Positions 26,321 to 44,334 are shown, counted from the first letter of the stretch. The stretch is DNA of 64,000 nt from Selaginella moellendorffii (GCF_000143415.4 NW_003314307.1:1447928-1511927); one strand, 5' to 3'. The notes: generated by a model from the sequence alone, not told the origin. Numbers and translations: made by a program.

Positions 26321-29300
26321 CTAGACAGTGTAGGCCTGCTGGATGGTGTTGATGTCCAAACCTTTCAACCTCACTACAGATTCGACGTGACCCTTTAAAG
26401 TGTGAAGCTCTCTCAACCTGCATCCGCGGCTTAGCCTTGACACACAAAAAACAAAGGAAAAACAGAAAAGTACCTTGCAATCTCGGCTCTCCTTAAAGCC
26501 TGCTCGGCCATGTCTGACGTCTCTTTGTGAGTACCCTTCTCGGGTATCTTGAAGTCCGGTGGCTGGAGCCCGTGTAGAGTTCGTTGCGCCTGAGCCCACT
26601 TCACTTCCCGAGCCTCCCTTCCGAAGTCTTTTTGGCGCGTAAAAGCAGTCTGGAACACACCAAAATGGAAATAGTCAGTCTCCCGCCAGGCAAAGGTATA
26701 ACACTACTTACTCTTTGCTCGAATAGAAGCTCCCATGCTCTGCCACTTAGTATGTAACGCACAGCGAACTTGATAACATCCAGAGGGAAGTAGAAGACGA
26801 TGTTGTATAGCCATATAACACCGGCCCAACCCCAGCCAATTCCCTCCACAAAGGCAAAGCCCCAGTTGGCGTACACGGCAATAAAAGTCGCAATCTGACA
26901 ATAACATCGCTCGCTCAATCCGAACCAAAATCAAAATTGTGTAACTTACCAGCTGGGCAATAAGAAACGCCACAACGAGAAGAAATCCAGGCCTTTCCAT
27001 GAAGGACCAGCTTCTCGACCTCGTGACGAAAATCAGAGCCTGGCTTACGATACTAACTTGCAAATAGATGGCCGAATGCATTTTGTTGGCATCGCTTCCA
27101 ATGTGAGGAACGTGGAAATGGTCCTAAAAGAAAAGAATTTAGCATTGATACTGAAACACAAGTCTACTTACAGGGAAAAAGGTAGTCTGGTCTGCCAGCC
27201 AGTAGAAAATGACTGTCATAAGCGCAAGGTAACTGCCGATCACAACTCCTGTCGCAAAAATCTCCGAGAGCTTCCAACTGTCAGGCAAAGGAGATGGTTT
27301 CACTCTGTCCTTGGAGATGGTCATGATTGTGCCTGCCCAGCAACAGCAAGGTCATAGACAGCGAAGAGAAATCTTTTACGTACCATCGTTCAATATTGCA
27401 ATGATTAGCACCATGAATGGGGGAAAATCGAACTTCCATATCAACGCCAGCAGCATAAAACCAAGCTAACGAAGAAAAACATGTGTATCAAAATCCTTTG
27501 AAACAAAGAAAAGTGCATACTTACCACTATCCTTATAGTGATGGATACGGCATAAATCTGTAAAACCACACATAAGCTAACAAGAGATCATCGAATGTAT
27601 CAAAACTTACAGTATAGTTCTTCATCCTCTGAAAAATCGCGCGACTTGTTAGCACGGCGCTTATTATCACGCTCAGGCCAGGTTCTGTCAGGACTATATC
27701 TGAAGCACCCCTTGCTGCATCTGTTGCATCTGCCACTGCAATTCCTATATCTGCCTTCTTCAGAGCAGGCGCATCATTGACACCATCACCAGTCATTCCA
27801 CATATATGCTTCTTCATTTGCAAACGCTTTACTATCTCGTACTTGTGCTCTGCACATGAGAAAGGTAACATAGTTGGCTTCAGCAAATAACAAGATTACC
27901 TGGAAATACCCCCGCAAATCCATCGGCTTTTTCAATCAGTTCGTCAATTGGCAATCCTTCAAATGCCTCCCCTTTGCTTTGTCCAAGAAGCGAAGATGAC
28001 GGATACATGTTAGTGCCCATGCCAAGACGTCGGCCAGTTTCTTTTCCAATAGCAAGCTGGTCCCCTGACGGTAGTGACACGTAAAAAACCAGCACCAGAA
28101 TGCTCAAGAACAGACGTACCAGTTATCATCTTTACGTTGACCCCAAGATTCAGGGCCCTACGAATAGTCTCGGCGCTGTCATGCCGAGGAGGATCAAACA
28201 AAGGCATTAAGCCTACAAATTGCCATGGACCCCCTGGACTCTCTTTGTTGCCCTCGGGAACGTCCTGTAAGTACATATGCTGTTAGCAGCCAACAGTCCA
28301 ACATTCCATTACCTGGCATGCGACTGCAAGAGAGCGAAGGCCACGCTCAGCAAATTTGTCAATGACGGCGTGCACCCTTTGAGCAATCTCAACCTTATTG
28401 TAAGAAAGATCTAATATCTGCATATAAGCCCACGGCTTAGAGCTGCAACCAAACAAAATAGAGAAAACACCTGCTCGGGTGCGCCTTTGCTTGCTCTGTG
28501 CATCTTCCCGTCAGAGTCAATATAAGTCAGAGCAGTACGCTTATCCGTAGGATTAAATGGAAGAAAGTGAACTTCCTCAATACCAGCACGGGCCTAAGCA
28601 GTTTACATCATAAGAAAACAGTAGGAAACAAAACCGATAACGTACCTCTTTTGGATCAGCAAGCGTACCGACAACAGCTGCGTCAATGGCATCTTGATTT
28701 TCCATCCTTGACGCTCTAGCAGCAAGTAGCAAAACGTAATCTTTGTCGTATCCTTTTGCAAAAACCTGTGCAGAACGAACACAGCACTTAAAAACGTTCA
28801 GTCTTGGATAAAACTTAAGTACCTCCACGAGATTCTTGTCGACGGTTAGCTTATTCAAAGTTAAGGTGCCGGTCTTGTCACTGCAAAGGACATCCATTCC
28901 TGCCATCTCCTCTATTGCAGTCATTCGCTTAGTAATAGCACCCTGACCAAACACATGCCCATTGTCAGCATTCCTGATCACTAGCTTCTTACCTGCTGCG
29001 CAAGCCGGTGAGAGCCAATTGCCATTGTCACGGAGAGAACAGTGGGCATAGCGATGGGGATGCCTCCAATCAAAAGTACCAGCAGGTTGTCAATCCCGGA
29101 CCTGTAGGTTCTATGTTGGATGGGGTACATTACTATAAGTTCGATAACCATTCCAATCGCAATGGAGCATATGCAGAAGTTTCCGATTGCTGTAAGAACC
29201 TGCGAGAGAAAGAAAACAATGAAAAAACGATTTTAGAGAGAAAAAAAAACATAAAAAGGAAAGGATATTACCTTCTGGAAATGACCGACTTGATTTGTAG

Positions 29301-30334
29301 TGTCTACCAGATGTGCAGCCTTTCCAAAGAAAGTGTGAACCCCCGTCCCTATCACAACTGCCTCAATCTCTCCTTGCTTGCATGTCGACCCCGAGTAAAC
29401 TTCGTCGCCAGGATACTTGGTAACAGGTAGAGATTCGCCTGTAAGCGCGGACTGCAAGTCAAAAACATGCGCAAACCATTAGAGTCGTAAGGTGACGTTT
29501 GTTCTGCGTACCTGGTCTATTTTGAGAGGGTCTCCTTCAAGTAAACGGGCGTCCGCTGGAACGATATCTCCCAACTTGATGCTTACAATGTCACCGGGAA
29601 CTAAAATACTGGCATCCTGCTCGCCCCATCGACCGTCTCGCAACACCTGAAAGAAACATAGAAGAGAAATAGAAAGGACAAGAAAGTCACGAGCTGCTTA
29701 AGACAGAAAGTACAACTAAACTATGCTTACCTTAGTCTTTGGTGCAAGACGCGCCATTAAGGCCGCCGCCGCATTTCCAGCGTTGTTTTCTTCAATGAAG
29801 CTTATGGTTGAGTTAATGACGAGCAATGCTATGATCCCAACGAAGTCTTGCCAGTCGGGCGGCCGATTCTGTCAAGGGCGGCATACATATCAAGCAGGCT
29901 AGAAACAAGACAGTACTCACGTCTCCGTTAGCGAGAGCTATGGCCATCACTGCTGCAGCTTCCATCACCCAAGACAAAGGATTCCACATGAATCCCAGGA
30001 ACTTAAAAAACTTGCTCTCCTGCAATGCAAAGTGCCAGTTATATTCCTCATCACTTGGTGTTAAGAGGCATGCTACAAACCTGCTTCTCCTCTAGCCTGT
30101 TATGACCAAAAATTTTGAGGCGCTCCTCGCCCTCTTCGCTCGTCAGACCTTTCCTCGTGCATCGCAGTTGATCAAAGACCTCCTCAATGGGAATGTTTTC
30201 CTGGCAGCAGCAAACCAAAGAGATTATCGATTTTCCATCACCCCAGAGGAAAGATTTCCTACCAGATCAACGGCCTCCTTGTTAATGGCCTCGAGCATTG
30301 CAGCCTTGCTGGGCTTCTCTACGTCGTTCTCCAT
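26321..30334 (-). CDS. AHA: Plasma-membrane P3A H+-ATPase, multi-exon
   Basis: [46 protein letters not shown]; C-terminal QQAYTV with penultimate Thr. Confidence 0.98.
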
Positions 30335-31639
30335 TCTCCGTGAAAAGCAAGCCCCAAAATCACCTCAATTTCTTCGGGAGATCGGTGCCACGATTCAAGC
30401 TTTATCTCTGCCGCCTAGGCGCCGCAGAGGCGCCGTGCGAGCGGAGGGGCGATTCCGAGCGGCGATTCCCAAATATTCTAACTAGCTGCTTAGCTCGATG
30501 CGAGACGCGGCGCCGCAGATCGGCATCCAGTGCATGGCCGAGACAAAGAAATCCTCCAGTAGCGGCTCGAGCAGCAGCCAGAGCTTGCGCGCATTGGAGG
30601 AACCCTGCTGCTGCCTCCCTCAATTGAAAAGCCTGACACCCAGTGCCGGATCCAACGGCCAGGATTCTTCGCGATTGCAGGCCGGAATGGCCAGCAGATA
30701 CGGAATGCACGGTCGGCCGGGATCAGGCGCACTCACACGCACACGAACCAGAGCAAAAGTGGGATATAGCCTATAGCATCCAGCTAAAATGCCCACTACT
30801 CCAGCTAGCTGGCTCCTCCGCTAAAACCCGCGCCGCCTCCATATCTGGCCGGACGCGCCCTTGGAGGCCCAGCGAGATAGCGGTCGATCCAGCAACTACA
30901 CCGCCACGCCGCTACATCTAGCAACGCAAGTCGTTAAAGGAAGAAGACTGAGGTGAGGTACGTACCTTCTTCTTAAAAGGCAGGCCACCAAACACCAAAC
31001 AAATTGTTCCATCCTCCAATCGCCATGTAGGCTATGGTCCACGCCATGCCATGCCATGGCATCCCATTTCTTACATCTGTTTCTTGTTGACTTGTCTCCT
31101 CTCGTACTTGTGCGTGTCCTCCGTGCGTCCGGCCCGTACTTGACCGTGCATGGCATGGCATGTGTATGGCCATGATGCCCATGTGCATGGCCATGTGCCG
31201 CATTCCCTGTCCTAACGTTACTGTCTGGGTGTAATCGATTAATATGCTCTCCTTTTGCTTTCGTTTGAAAAGAAGGGAAGACGATAGGGAGAAGGATTGA
31301 CCCGAAATTTTTCACGGTCTCGCATATTAAATGAGAGAGCAGGAAGAGACGTCGCAGACAACACCACGGGCTTTGTCTGACTGCCGCTTCTAGAGGATGG
31401 GACGAATTACCTCTTTAATTTATATGATGATACTTATGCCCAGCCAGGGCAACTACGTGGTTGGCAGCATTGCACGACCGGCGATGACAATGCCCCAGCG
31501 AGGCAATCACGCAATAGCACCAGCCAGCCAGCCCTGGTGGAATGAGGTGCCCATGATAATACCCCCGCCCCACCTCACCCACATTCGCGCCTGGATGCCG
31601 TTCAAGCGCCGGGGCTAGGGTTTATCCAAGATCTGGGCT

Positions 31640-32771
31640 ATGGCTGCCGCATTGGCGGGCGCTTGCGTGGTGCCGGCGGAGGCAGCGGCGATCCGGCGGA
31701 GCGGAGCTGTGGAGTTGAGGCCGCGAGAGAGATTTGTTGTGGAGCAGCAGCAACGGATATGGCGGGCGGCGACGAGCGGCAGAGAGCAATGTAGGTCAGG
31801 TGTGCGCATCAGGGCGGCCAAGAAAGTGGAGACCGGGCGATCCTTGGTGATGAGCTCCACTCTGGTTGCCGAGGAGGGCAAGGAGGAGGCGGTGGTGGAT
31901 TTGTGCAAGGGGGTTCTGGATTGGGCCAGCGAATGCCAGGTATTTTTTGGAATTCTAGTATGGATTTGGCTGATTGCTTTTGGCGTTTCCTTGATTCGAT
32001 AGAAGAGCGACAAGGCGTGTGGCGTCCTCCAGTTTGAGTGCAAGGCCGATTTGCAGGAGAAGAATGTGTACCACTTTTGGGAGCGATACGAATCGTTTCT
32101 GCATCTCACGACGTTCCGAGGTTCTCCAGAGCACGTCAAGTTCATGAAGGACGTAAGCTAGTTCTCCTTCTCTTTCACTTACGTCCATCGCCATCTCCAT
32201 CTCTGGTTTTGATGGATTCATGTGCTTGCTTGCTCCCAGGTGAGACCGCTGCTCAAGAAACCAATCGGCCTCGTTGCGTACGAGTACAAGGACGGGCAGA
32301 TCGGGCACGCGCGTGTTCTCATCGGTAAACTCCTTCCTTTGTATGGAACGCATGGAGATGGAACGATCCAGTGGATTGATGGCAGGGCCCAAAGGCGAGG
32401 GTGGCTTGGACGATGCAACCGGCCAAGGCAAGCAAACATCCAGGCTCATCGCTCCAGGCGACACATACGACGACAGCCGCGAGGACTGGGGGCTCAAGGA
32501 GGCGCTGGAGGCCAAGAAGAAGCAAAAGGCCAAGCAGTGGGAAGCTATGGAGCGGCAGAAGCAAGCGTTCCTGGCGCGGTCGCAGAAAGGCAAGGACGAG
32601 GACGAGCCATTGTCTCCCGAGGAGGCGGCGCGGCAGAAGAAGGCCCTGGCGGAGATCTTGGGCCGCTTCGAGGCGGAGAAGGCCGCCAAAGCGGCGCAGG
32701 AGAAGGAGAATCCCGGCGGCGCCGCTGGTTGGGGAGATGGTATCAAAAACTTGTTTGGTCTCAAGAAATAG
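31640..32771 (+). CDS. Putative plastid protein with ABM-like (dimeric alpha/beta barrel) domain, multi-exon
   Basis: Transit-like N-terminus; spliced GVLQFECKAD..NVYHFWERY..SPEHVKF, typical of ABM folds; GPKGEGGLDDATG; charged C-terminus. Confidence 0.6.
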
Positions 32772-32832
32772 AAACTTGGCGCCACGGTTTAAAGATGTGG
32801 TTTTAGGGCTTTTCTAGGGTTCTTGAAAAGCT

Positions 32833-34345
32833 ATGGAGGAGGAGGCTGCATTGACGGAGCAGGAGACGGCCGTGTACGATCGCCAGATTCGTGTGTGGGG
32901 CGTCCAGGCGCAGAGAAGGTGGGAAGATTTTCGTCATTCGCACTGATCGGCGGCATTGCCTTTCTCCAGGCTGAGCAAATCTCGAGTGCTTGTGGCTGGA
33001 TTGACTGGTGTCACAGCGGAGGTACCAAAATCTCTCTCTTTTCTCTGTGAAACTGTGTGTGCTGGATCAGGCATGCAAGAATCTGGTCCTAGCGGGAATT
33101 GGAAGCCTCGTTGTGCTGGACGACAGGCCGGCCGTGTTTGATCCTTGTTCTTCCACATTTCTGGTGTGCCATGACCACAACGCTTCCACTGACGAGAACA
33201 AGTCCGTTGCCGAGGTCTGTGCTGCCGCTCTTCGAGATTTCAACCCAATGGTCGACGTCACGAGTGCTCAAGGTACTGCTGCTCAACAGTTCTTCCTCTC
33301 AAGTGTTTTTGTTTTCTCTCGTAGGCACTTCAGTGATGGATGTGGATAACTACGACGTTGTCATCCTCAACCGTGCCGCTATCAAAGACAAGGTGTGTGT
33401 GTTTACTTTTCTGTTTGATTCCCCTCCTTTTGCTCTACTTTCTTGGATGCCTTTCTTGTCATTCCTCTGATTACTGTTTGTGTTTCTGTTCACAGAGGAG
33501 AATTAATGAGCTGTGTCGCAGATCGGCTCACAAAGTTTCCTTCTACACTGTCGACTGCATTGGTTCGCGGGGGGAAATCTTTGTCGATTTGCAGACCCAT
33601 ACTTACACTTCCAAGGTTTTCATTCTCCACTTTTTTTTCTTTTTATTTTTTGTCACAAATGTGCTTTGGCCTTTTCTTTTACTTGGCTGACAGGCTGCGG
33701 CGGATGCTGCCGAGAGTTGCGAGCTTACAAAGAAGTTCCCAAGCTTTGAGGTGAGACCTTGTTTCCTGGATCATAAAACTGGTACACAATGTAAGCATGT
33801 AGGACGTATCAAGCGTTCCGTGGAACTGCCTTCCAAAGAGGATAAGTAAGCTCTTCTTTGCAATGCGAGGTAAGGGGCGCTCATTCATGTTGGGCTGGGT
33901 TCGCAACTATAACTTTGCTGGCCAGTCCTCGAAGAATTTGTTCAGGCGACGGGACGGCAAGCCGGCCCCGAAAATCTTCCGGAGCTGCTCGCGTTGCGAA
34001 CGCAAATGTGCAGCAAACAGGTGGTGGTGGTTTCGTGTATTGCGGAAGCAAAAGCTAACCTCCGCGATGGTTTTAACAGGGCGTGGCCGACTCGTTGATC
34101 CCGGAAAGCCTTCTCGCGGGGCTGGCTGGCGCGGACGGCACGGAGTTTCCACCGGTGTCTGCGATTCTGGGAGGCATCCTCGGCCAGGCAAGCCGCTCCT
34201 CTTCTCTTCCTTGTTTCCAAAGCGCTAAACTAAATCGCTACAGGAAGTGGTCAAGGCTCTGTCTGGCAAAGGAGATCCTTTGCGAAGCTTCTTCTACTTC
34301 GACACTGACGACGGCAAAGGAATCATCGAGGAGATAATCAGTTAG
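32833..34345 (+). CDS. SAE1: SUMO-activating enzyme subunit 1 (AOS1), multi-exon
   Basis: LTEQETAVYDRQIRVWG, CKNLVLAGIGSL, DFNPMV, FPPVSAILGGILGQEVVK, FFYFD. Confidence 0.95.
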
Positions 34346-34460
34346 ATCGATTACACGCACACCCATTTGTTTAGGGTTGGGGTACCTCTTTGGATCCTGG
34401 CAAGGCATGTAGTCACGATTCCACTCGCTGTCCCTAGCTTTGCGGGCGGCCTGGCACTAG

Positions 34461-36434
<1,974 letters not shown>

Positions 36435-37542
36435 ATACCTTTTCTTTTTGTTGTATCGATTGTTCTCTATTTATGTCACACCTGACGGCCAATTCTCCAG
36501 GAAGCTACAGGTTCCTTGTTTCTGGAAAACAATGTCATGAAACATCCAAATGAAAGCAAATTCTACTCAATAAATTCTTCAAAAAGACCCTGCAAAAAGG
36601 AAAGAAGGAAACTAGGCACGAGAGTTCTCACCTGCGAAACCAATGGTTCTACTTCTGAACGTTAATCAAATGTATCGAGTTCCGAATCAGCGAGATAAAC
36701 TGATCCACGTTTCTAACGTTCTCCAAAACTCTCACTTGGTGACAAGTCCTGCATAGATGAATAAGTAAGAACAAGGTTTCCAGCTAAACATGAAAGGACA
36801 TACCACTGAAAGATCAAGATCAATCCACCGAGTTGCCATCGTAGTCTTCGAGCTGTTTGAGCTCGATGGTGCTGGAAAGAATAGATCAGAAGACGTTTTT
36901 GTATGAAAGAAACCAAGAAAAAAAAACGGAAGCTCGCTTATTACGAAGAATGCTCATGTGATGCATGATTCCTGAACCCTAAACCCTCTGAAAAAATCCA
37001 CATTTTTGGTGGTTTGAGCGTCCAATCCTTCTCCATGCATTTCCTGTCTAAATTCCTCACAGATCGGACAAAGAGGAATCGAGAGGCAAACGCGAGGGGC
37101 AAACGCGGCAGGCTGGAAAATCGCATCACTTGCGTCAACTGGCCTCGAGCTGGTCAAAATGCTCGTTTGTCTCGATCAAAACTTGCTCAAAGAGATCATT
37201 CTGCAAAAGTGTCGGTGTAAGAAGACGATCTAGAAGCTCACATTGAACCGCAACAATTGATCTTCCTCAGTGTGCAGGAGCTCAAAGCACAGCTGTGTAT
37301 AAATCTAATCCTCATCCAGAGGAAACGAAATGAAATAATGATATCATTCCCCACTGTTATCAGTGTGAAATTAAGATTATCATTTGAAGAATATTTCCTA
37401 GAATCTTTCAGAAACTTTCAAATATGCCAAAATCATTTTACAAAACAAAACGACATATCCTAAGATGGCCTAAATAAACATGTAGCCTTTTTAGTAAACT
37501 TAAGCCATAAAGATCAACGGTGCTAAACCTAGGATTGAGGCT

Positions 37543-40500
37543 ATGGCGGGTGATGAAGAAATGGAAGAGCTTGTGGTGTTCATTGAAGACATAGATGGGG
37601 CAGAGGGTCATGAATTTCACCTTTCTGATGGTAGAGTGGACGTAGATGCGGTTCTGCGGGTGTTCTCGGCTACCTCCATCTCCGTGAAGCACGAGGAGCC
37701 ACCAAGGGTCCGATGGAGGGCTCTTCAACCAAGAAAAGAAGATGGTCTCAGCACAGCAAAATTCCAGACTGGATCTTCTCATGTCATTCGTCCCACAAGA
37801 GGTGTGCTACTTTCTTTTTAGGATGGCTTCGGTTTCTACTTAGTGGTTGATGTGCGTGATGTTCTTATAGTCGCTTTTCGTGCTTGGCTAGGGCGGGTTC
37901 TTGACTATGACCACTCATTGATTGGGTATGCGTTCTTTCTTTGGTCTTCTCGAGGGATTTTGGCTGTCGTCGTTTGCCTGGTGATCTGGCTATGGGGTAG
38001 TGGCGTTGTACCTGGTGGTTTGCTGGGAGCTATGGGTGATATTGGCTCCTCGTGTTGATGAGTTTGATCTTGGTTGAAGGTTTTGTTTTGTTTGTATTCA
38101 CATGTTATGACAATTCCCTTGTTTCTGTTACAGCCCTACCTGTGACATCCCTCAAAGCTGCTAGGTCAGGTAAGCAGTTGCTTTTGTAGCTGTGTCAACT
38201 CTGTTATGCTTTTTGTTGCCTTGCTGACGACCTGAGCTTTATTTTCAGGTGCCCAAATCTGTGAGGTGCTGAATCGCCTATTCTTTGACGATCTGTGGGA
38301 CAATAGACAACGAATGGGCATGCCACCAAGGCGTCAGCCGGGGGCGCGGTTGCCTCCAGTACTAGAAGATACAGGCCCCTACTTCACGTTGAAGGGGCGG
38401 ACCGAGACGCTCAAGCATCTCATCTTGTCGGCTGGGCGGATTTTTGCGACTTTCATGAGCACGCAAGACTCGCTTGACTACTTTCTGCGGAGGGATTTCA
38501 TTATGATGGTCGTGGGGTGCCCAGGTGTGGGAAAGACAACCGTGGGTAGCTGCCTGTCGGAGCTGTTGCTAGAGTACTGGCTGGCGAACAAGGACAATCC
38601 CGAGTTCAATCAGGAGCTGGGGGAAAGTCTCAGCGACGATCTCCTTGACGCTTTTAAGGAGATGATATCCAACGTTGTACACAGTGGAAAAGACGTCCGC
38701 ATGTATCACTCTCTAGAGACGGCACAGAATGGGCAGCTTATGCAACGTGAGGATGGTCTTTACTACGAGCAGATTATGGCTTTACGGTGCCTTCATGCGG
38801 CTGTTAGTCGGATGGGTACACCAACATATGACGCATTCCTCCAAAAACTAGACAAGGGAGCTCCAGGTTTGAAGCATCAGTTGAGGCTCGACGATGTTAT
38901 AGCTTTCATCAGGCAGGGTTTGGGCTTTCCTACAGGGCAAAGGATTTTTCTTTCATGGTACTTTGACGAGGCAAACAGGGCTTCGAAGGATGGGGAGGCG
39001 ACGTGGTTACAGCACATGTTTGCTGCATACGTCTCTTGGTTCAAATCCAAGCGTGCCTCGGACACGCTTGTGCTGTTTACGGCAGCGACCACACGGTATT
39101 CTGCAGCATCGCTCGCCGGGACTTCCTCTGGGAGGGCGCAAACGCTTTACATTCCGCTCCCGCCCTTGACAAATGATGACGTCTACGACATCGTTCAGGA
39201 ATTCTTCGACCGGGTGGCGAGCTCAGTTTGCCAAGGGGCACGCATCGAACTGAGCAACGAGTGGAAGGTGGTCCTCCGCTTTGCTGGAGGCAATCCGAGG
39301 ATTGTCTCATTCCTTTTGAATGGGCTGGTGTCACGAAGTTTTGGCGCGATCCCACTGGAGAAGTTCAATATGGAGCTGCAGAAGGGATTAGTTGTGACAA
39401 GAGCCAGGGCGTTGGTTGAAAACGCATCAAATCTGTTTGTCAGCCAATACTTAGAGATTAACCTTCAAGGTAGTCCAGAACGCATACAGGGAGTCATTCC
39501 AGGTGCTAAAGCTAGTCTGATGCTGAAAGCCATCTACATTTCCCAACTTGGAACTATCGTCAGTCGTGCAGCAAAGGTATGGGACGGGCGCTTTGAAGAT
39601 ACTTGGGGTGATTTAGAAGGCCAAGGTATTGTGGGTTTGGTAGAGATAGAGCGAGGGTGTCCCACACGTCCCCCAGGGAAAGTAGGCAAGGTGCCTTCCG
39701 CTGTCACTCCAAATGCGCTGGCATTCCGTGTTAGGTACTGTCCCGTTGCAGCTTACTCTTTGGCACTGGTCGACATCATCCCAAAAGGATTATGGCCTGA
39801 TTTGACAAACAATTCCTGGGCTGTGAAGGAGGACTCAGATGTCCTCGGTTTCGTGTTCATGCTTTGGTTGAAAACACACTTGGATGGCGGTAAGCTTAAT
39901 TCTCTTGCATGTCCACAAACTCTCCTCTTTTGTCTTTTGCAGGTCAAGAATTCAAGCTCAGTGACATCATACCTTCCCACTTGAGCTTAAACGACTACCT
40001 GGATGGTTTAAATCTTCAATTGCCTTCACCACCTAGTAAGTTTTGTGGGTTTTTGATCTTTGGCTCTAACTCCGTTACATGCAGAGGAATTAGATTGGAC
40101 AATCTGTCAGCCAGAGGTGCTACCAACGTCGAGGGCAGAGTTGTTAGAGCTTATGGCTCAGCATTCAAAAGCTTTTATATTCTCTCTCAAGTATGCGGAA
40201 ATTATCATAAGGGTACAAAAGATATGCAAGGGCAAGGCATTACAAGATTGTTTTATTTTGATTGAGAGCAAGTACAGACAGAATGATCAGAACAAGGGTA
40301 TCTCTCCTGGGAGTATCATGGAGAAAGTATGCCATAACATCCAAGACTGGGGGTTTAAAATGGACGAGGTGATTTATATATATTGGTAGGATGAAAAAAC
40401 TACCATGCAGCATGTAGAAGTTGAAGGATGGATTCTACAAAATTTCATAATCAGTGGTAATTTCTTTAATGAGAGTTTATTTAAATTGCTTACTTGTATT

Positions 40501-40581
40501 CGACATTCTTTAGCTTATCAACACTACTCTCAAGGTAAGCTAAGAAATGTGGGAATTAAAAGCTCAAAAAAAGTCTACTGA
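37543..40581 (+). CDS. Crinkler-like protein: short header + P-loop NTPase + putative restriction-endonuclease-fold C-terminus; premature TAG at 40387
   Basis: Walker A GCPGVGKT (38515-38538), Walker B WYFDE, GGNPR, C-terminal DCFILIESK (ExK); the frame continues after TAG to TGA at 40581. Exon structure approximate. Confidence 0.62.
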
Positions 40582-41377
40582 ATGAGGAACTTAAAGTGTA
40601 TCTCATCAAACATTTTGTAAAGATTGCCTTTGGCAACTTTGGCCATGATTGATTTAAAAATGGGACTCATTCATCCATGTCATCTTACATTGAGTTATAC
40701 TGAAGAACTTCTGCCTGTAGATATGTATAGGCATTTTTATTAGAGAGTTCCTTACAAGAGTAGTTTGACAAAGGTCAATATAGTAGAGATGGGGAACCAA
40801 AAAGTTTCTTAGCAGGGATTAGAGAACTGTTACTTTCACAAGGAACTCAGTGACACTTCAAGTACTAGTTCAGAACAAGTTCTACAGGTAAAATGCTTGT
40901 TTGTTTGTTTGCTTACTTATTAGATTTGCTGCTACTGCTCAATACTGGAAGAAAATATGTTGCTATCATCTGATTTTGGATCGGTCAATAAGTATGTTAA
41001 ATATATATAGGGGATGATGGCATAAATGGAAAGAGAAGGTATATATGCACAAGTTATAAGCTTTTTAATTTAAACTTCCCAACCCAATATTACTCAAGCC
41101 TAAAATTGCATACACAAGTACATATGGCCAGACTAGGTGTCTTAGGTAGCCATGCTGTTGGGCATGGCCCCTCGGGGGATAATATAATGTTTGTGTTTCA
41201 TAATTTTCATATGTGTGTTAATAATCCTTCTATAGTGTAAAGAATTAAATTCCCCAAGGTGTCGTAGGCTAAAGGATCCCAAAATCAAGATTAAAAAAAT
41301 AAAAAGTAAACCAAATTGAAAATCAAGTCCAAAACCAAGTTTGAGTCTAAAATTTGAGATTGAGAGTTTAGTCAACA

Positions 41378-43020
<1,643 letters not shown>

Positions 43021-44210
43021 GATCTCCAGAAGTTGGTATCAAAGAATGTTATCAAATTTAACAAAACTTTCTTAGACAGAAAATTAATAATATAAAAAAT
43101 TTAATTGTATTAAACTATAATTTTTAAATTAACATCCAGTGAAACTGAGACTCATATACTCATATGTTAAATGTAATACTTATTCTAGGCATATGCTTAA
43201 GATCTAACAGCTGAGAACTAATTATAATTGCCTTAATACAATAAATTGCTCTATATTATTATTCTTATCTAATATTTTTTTTAAAATTCGATAAAATTAT
43301 TTGATACTATCACGTTATGCTATAAAATACATATGTTAAAATAGATTTATAAGAAAACTAAATTTTATTTTTTATAGTAATTGCAATAGATGTTGTTTAT
43401 TTTTTATAATTTTTATATTAAGATATTTAACATAGCACTTTAAAAAAATTAGTGTGTTTATATTTGTTTTCATTTGAGGTGATTGGTATAAATCTTTGAT
43501 AAGTCCATTACAAATTATGATTATAATGTGGTGTATCAACTTACTTATAAATAAATAAATCATTAACGTATGCTATGAGTGTCAAATGTCTTTAATTTTG
43601 TTAAACATTTTTTTCTATTAATTATGGGTCATATTTTAATTTTATAAATTATTTTCTAATTAGAACTTATTCTTTTAGTTATAAAGTTTAAAATTCTTAG
43701 ATTTTGTATGCTCTATAACAACAATTATATGATCTAGGAATGTTTCATGTTCTTACAACTTGACTTGACTCGTGATTTATTAATAATATTATTAAATAAA
43801 GGTAGATGGACACCAATTTTTTAAAAATCATTTTAAACAACTGTTAAAAATTTTATATTTAATATTAATATTTTAAATGGAGCTGGATTCTCTTGCTAGT
43901 GCTTATATATTTAAATGAATAAGCTGGTTTCATAATGTCAAATGCTAGGAACTAAGCATATGCCAAAATCTACTGGTTGAGATTAACAAGCTTTAAAAGA
44001 ATTTGAAATGTCTTTTAGAGCAGGGAGGAAACTGTGGCAGCATCTAAGAAGAGCTATGAATATTCTTCAACACCTGAATTATGAAGTTTGAGATGTCTAT
44101 ATCACTGATGGCTAGTTGGGAGTCATGATCACTACTGCTATTACCTCGGGTACCTTTATCAAATTGGAAATGGTGCTGCAGAGGAAGACCACCAAGAAAG
44201 GAAATGTTAC

Positions 44211-44270
44211 AGGGTTTAGGGTTTAGGGTTTTAGGGTTTAGGGTTTCGGTTTAGGGTTTAGGGTTTAGGG
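44211..44270 (+). repeat. Most proximal TTTAGGG tract
   Basis: About 8 plant telomere repeats joined directly to unique sequence. Confidence 0.97.
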
Positions 44271-44334
44271 TTTAGGCGCGTTTAGGCGTTTAGGGTCAAA
44301 GACACCCCGTGGTGTTGCAATCCGGCGAGATCGC

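Noticed and set aside
31020-31200. CATG-rich 14-bp inverted repeat upstream of the H+-ATPase as a miRNA or RY element
   Set aside because: Low-complexity self-complementary repeats; the stem is too short and no miRNA was recognised.
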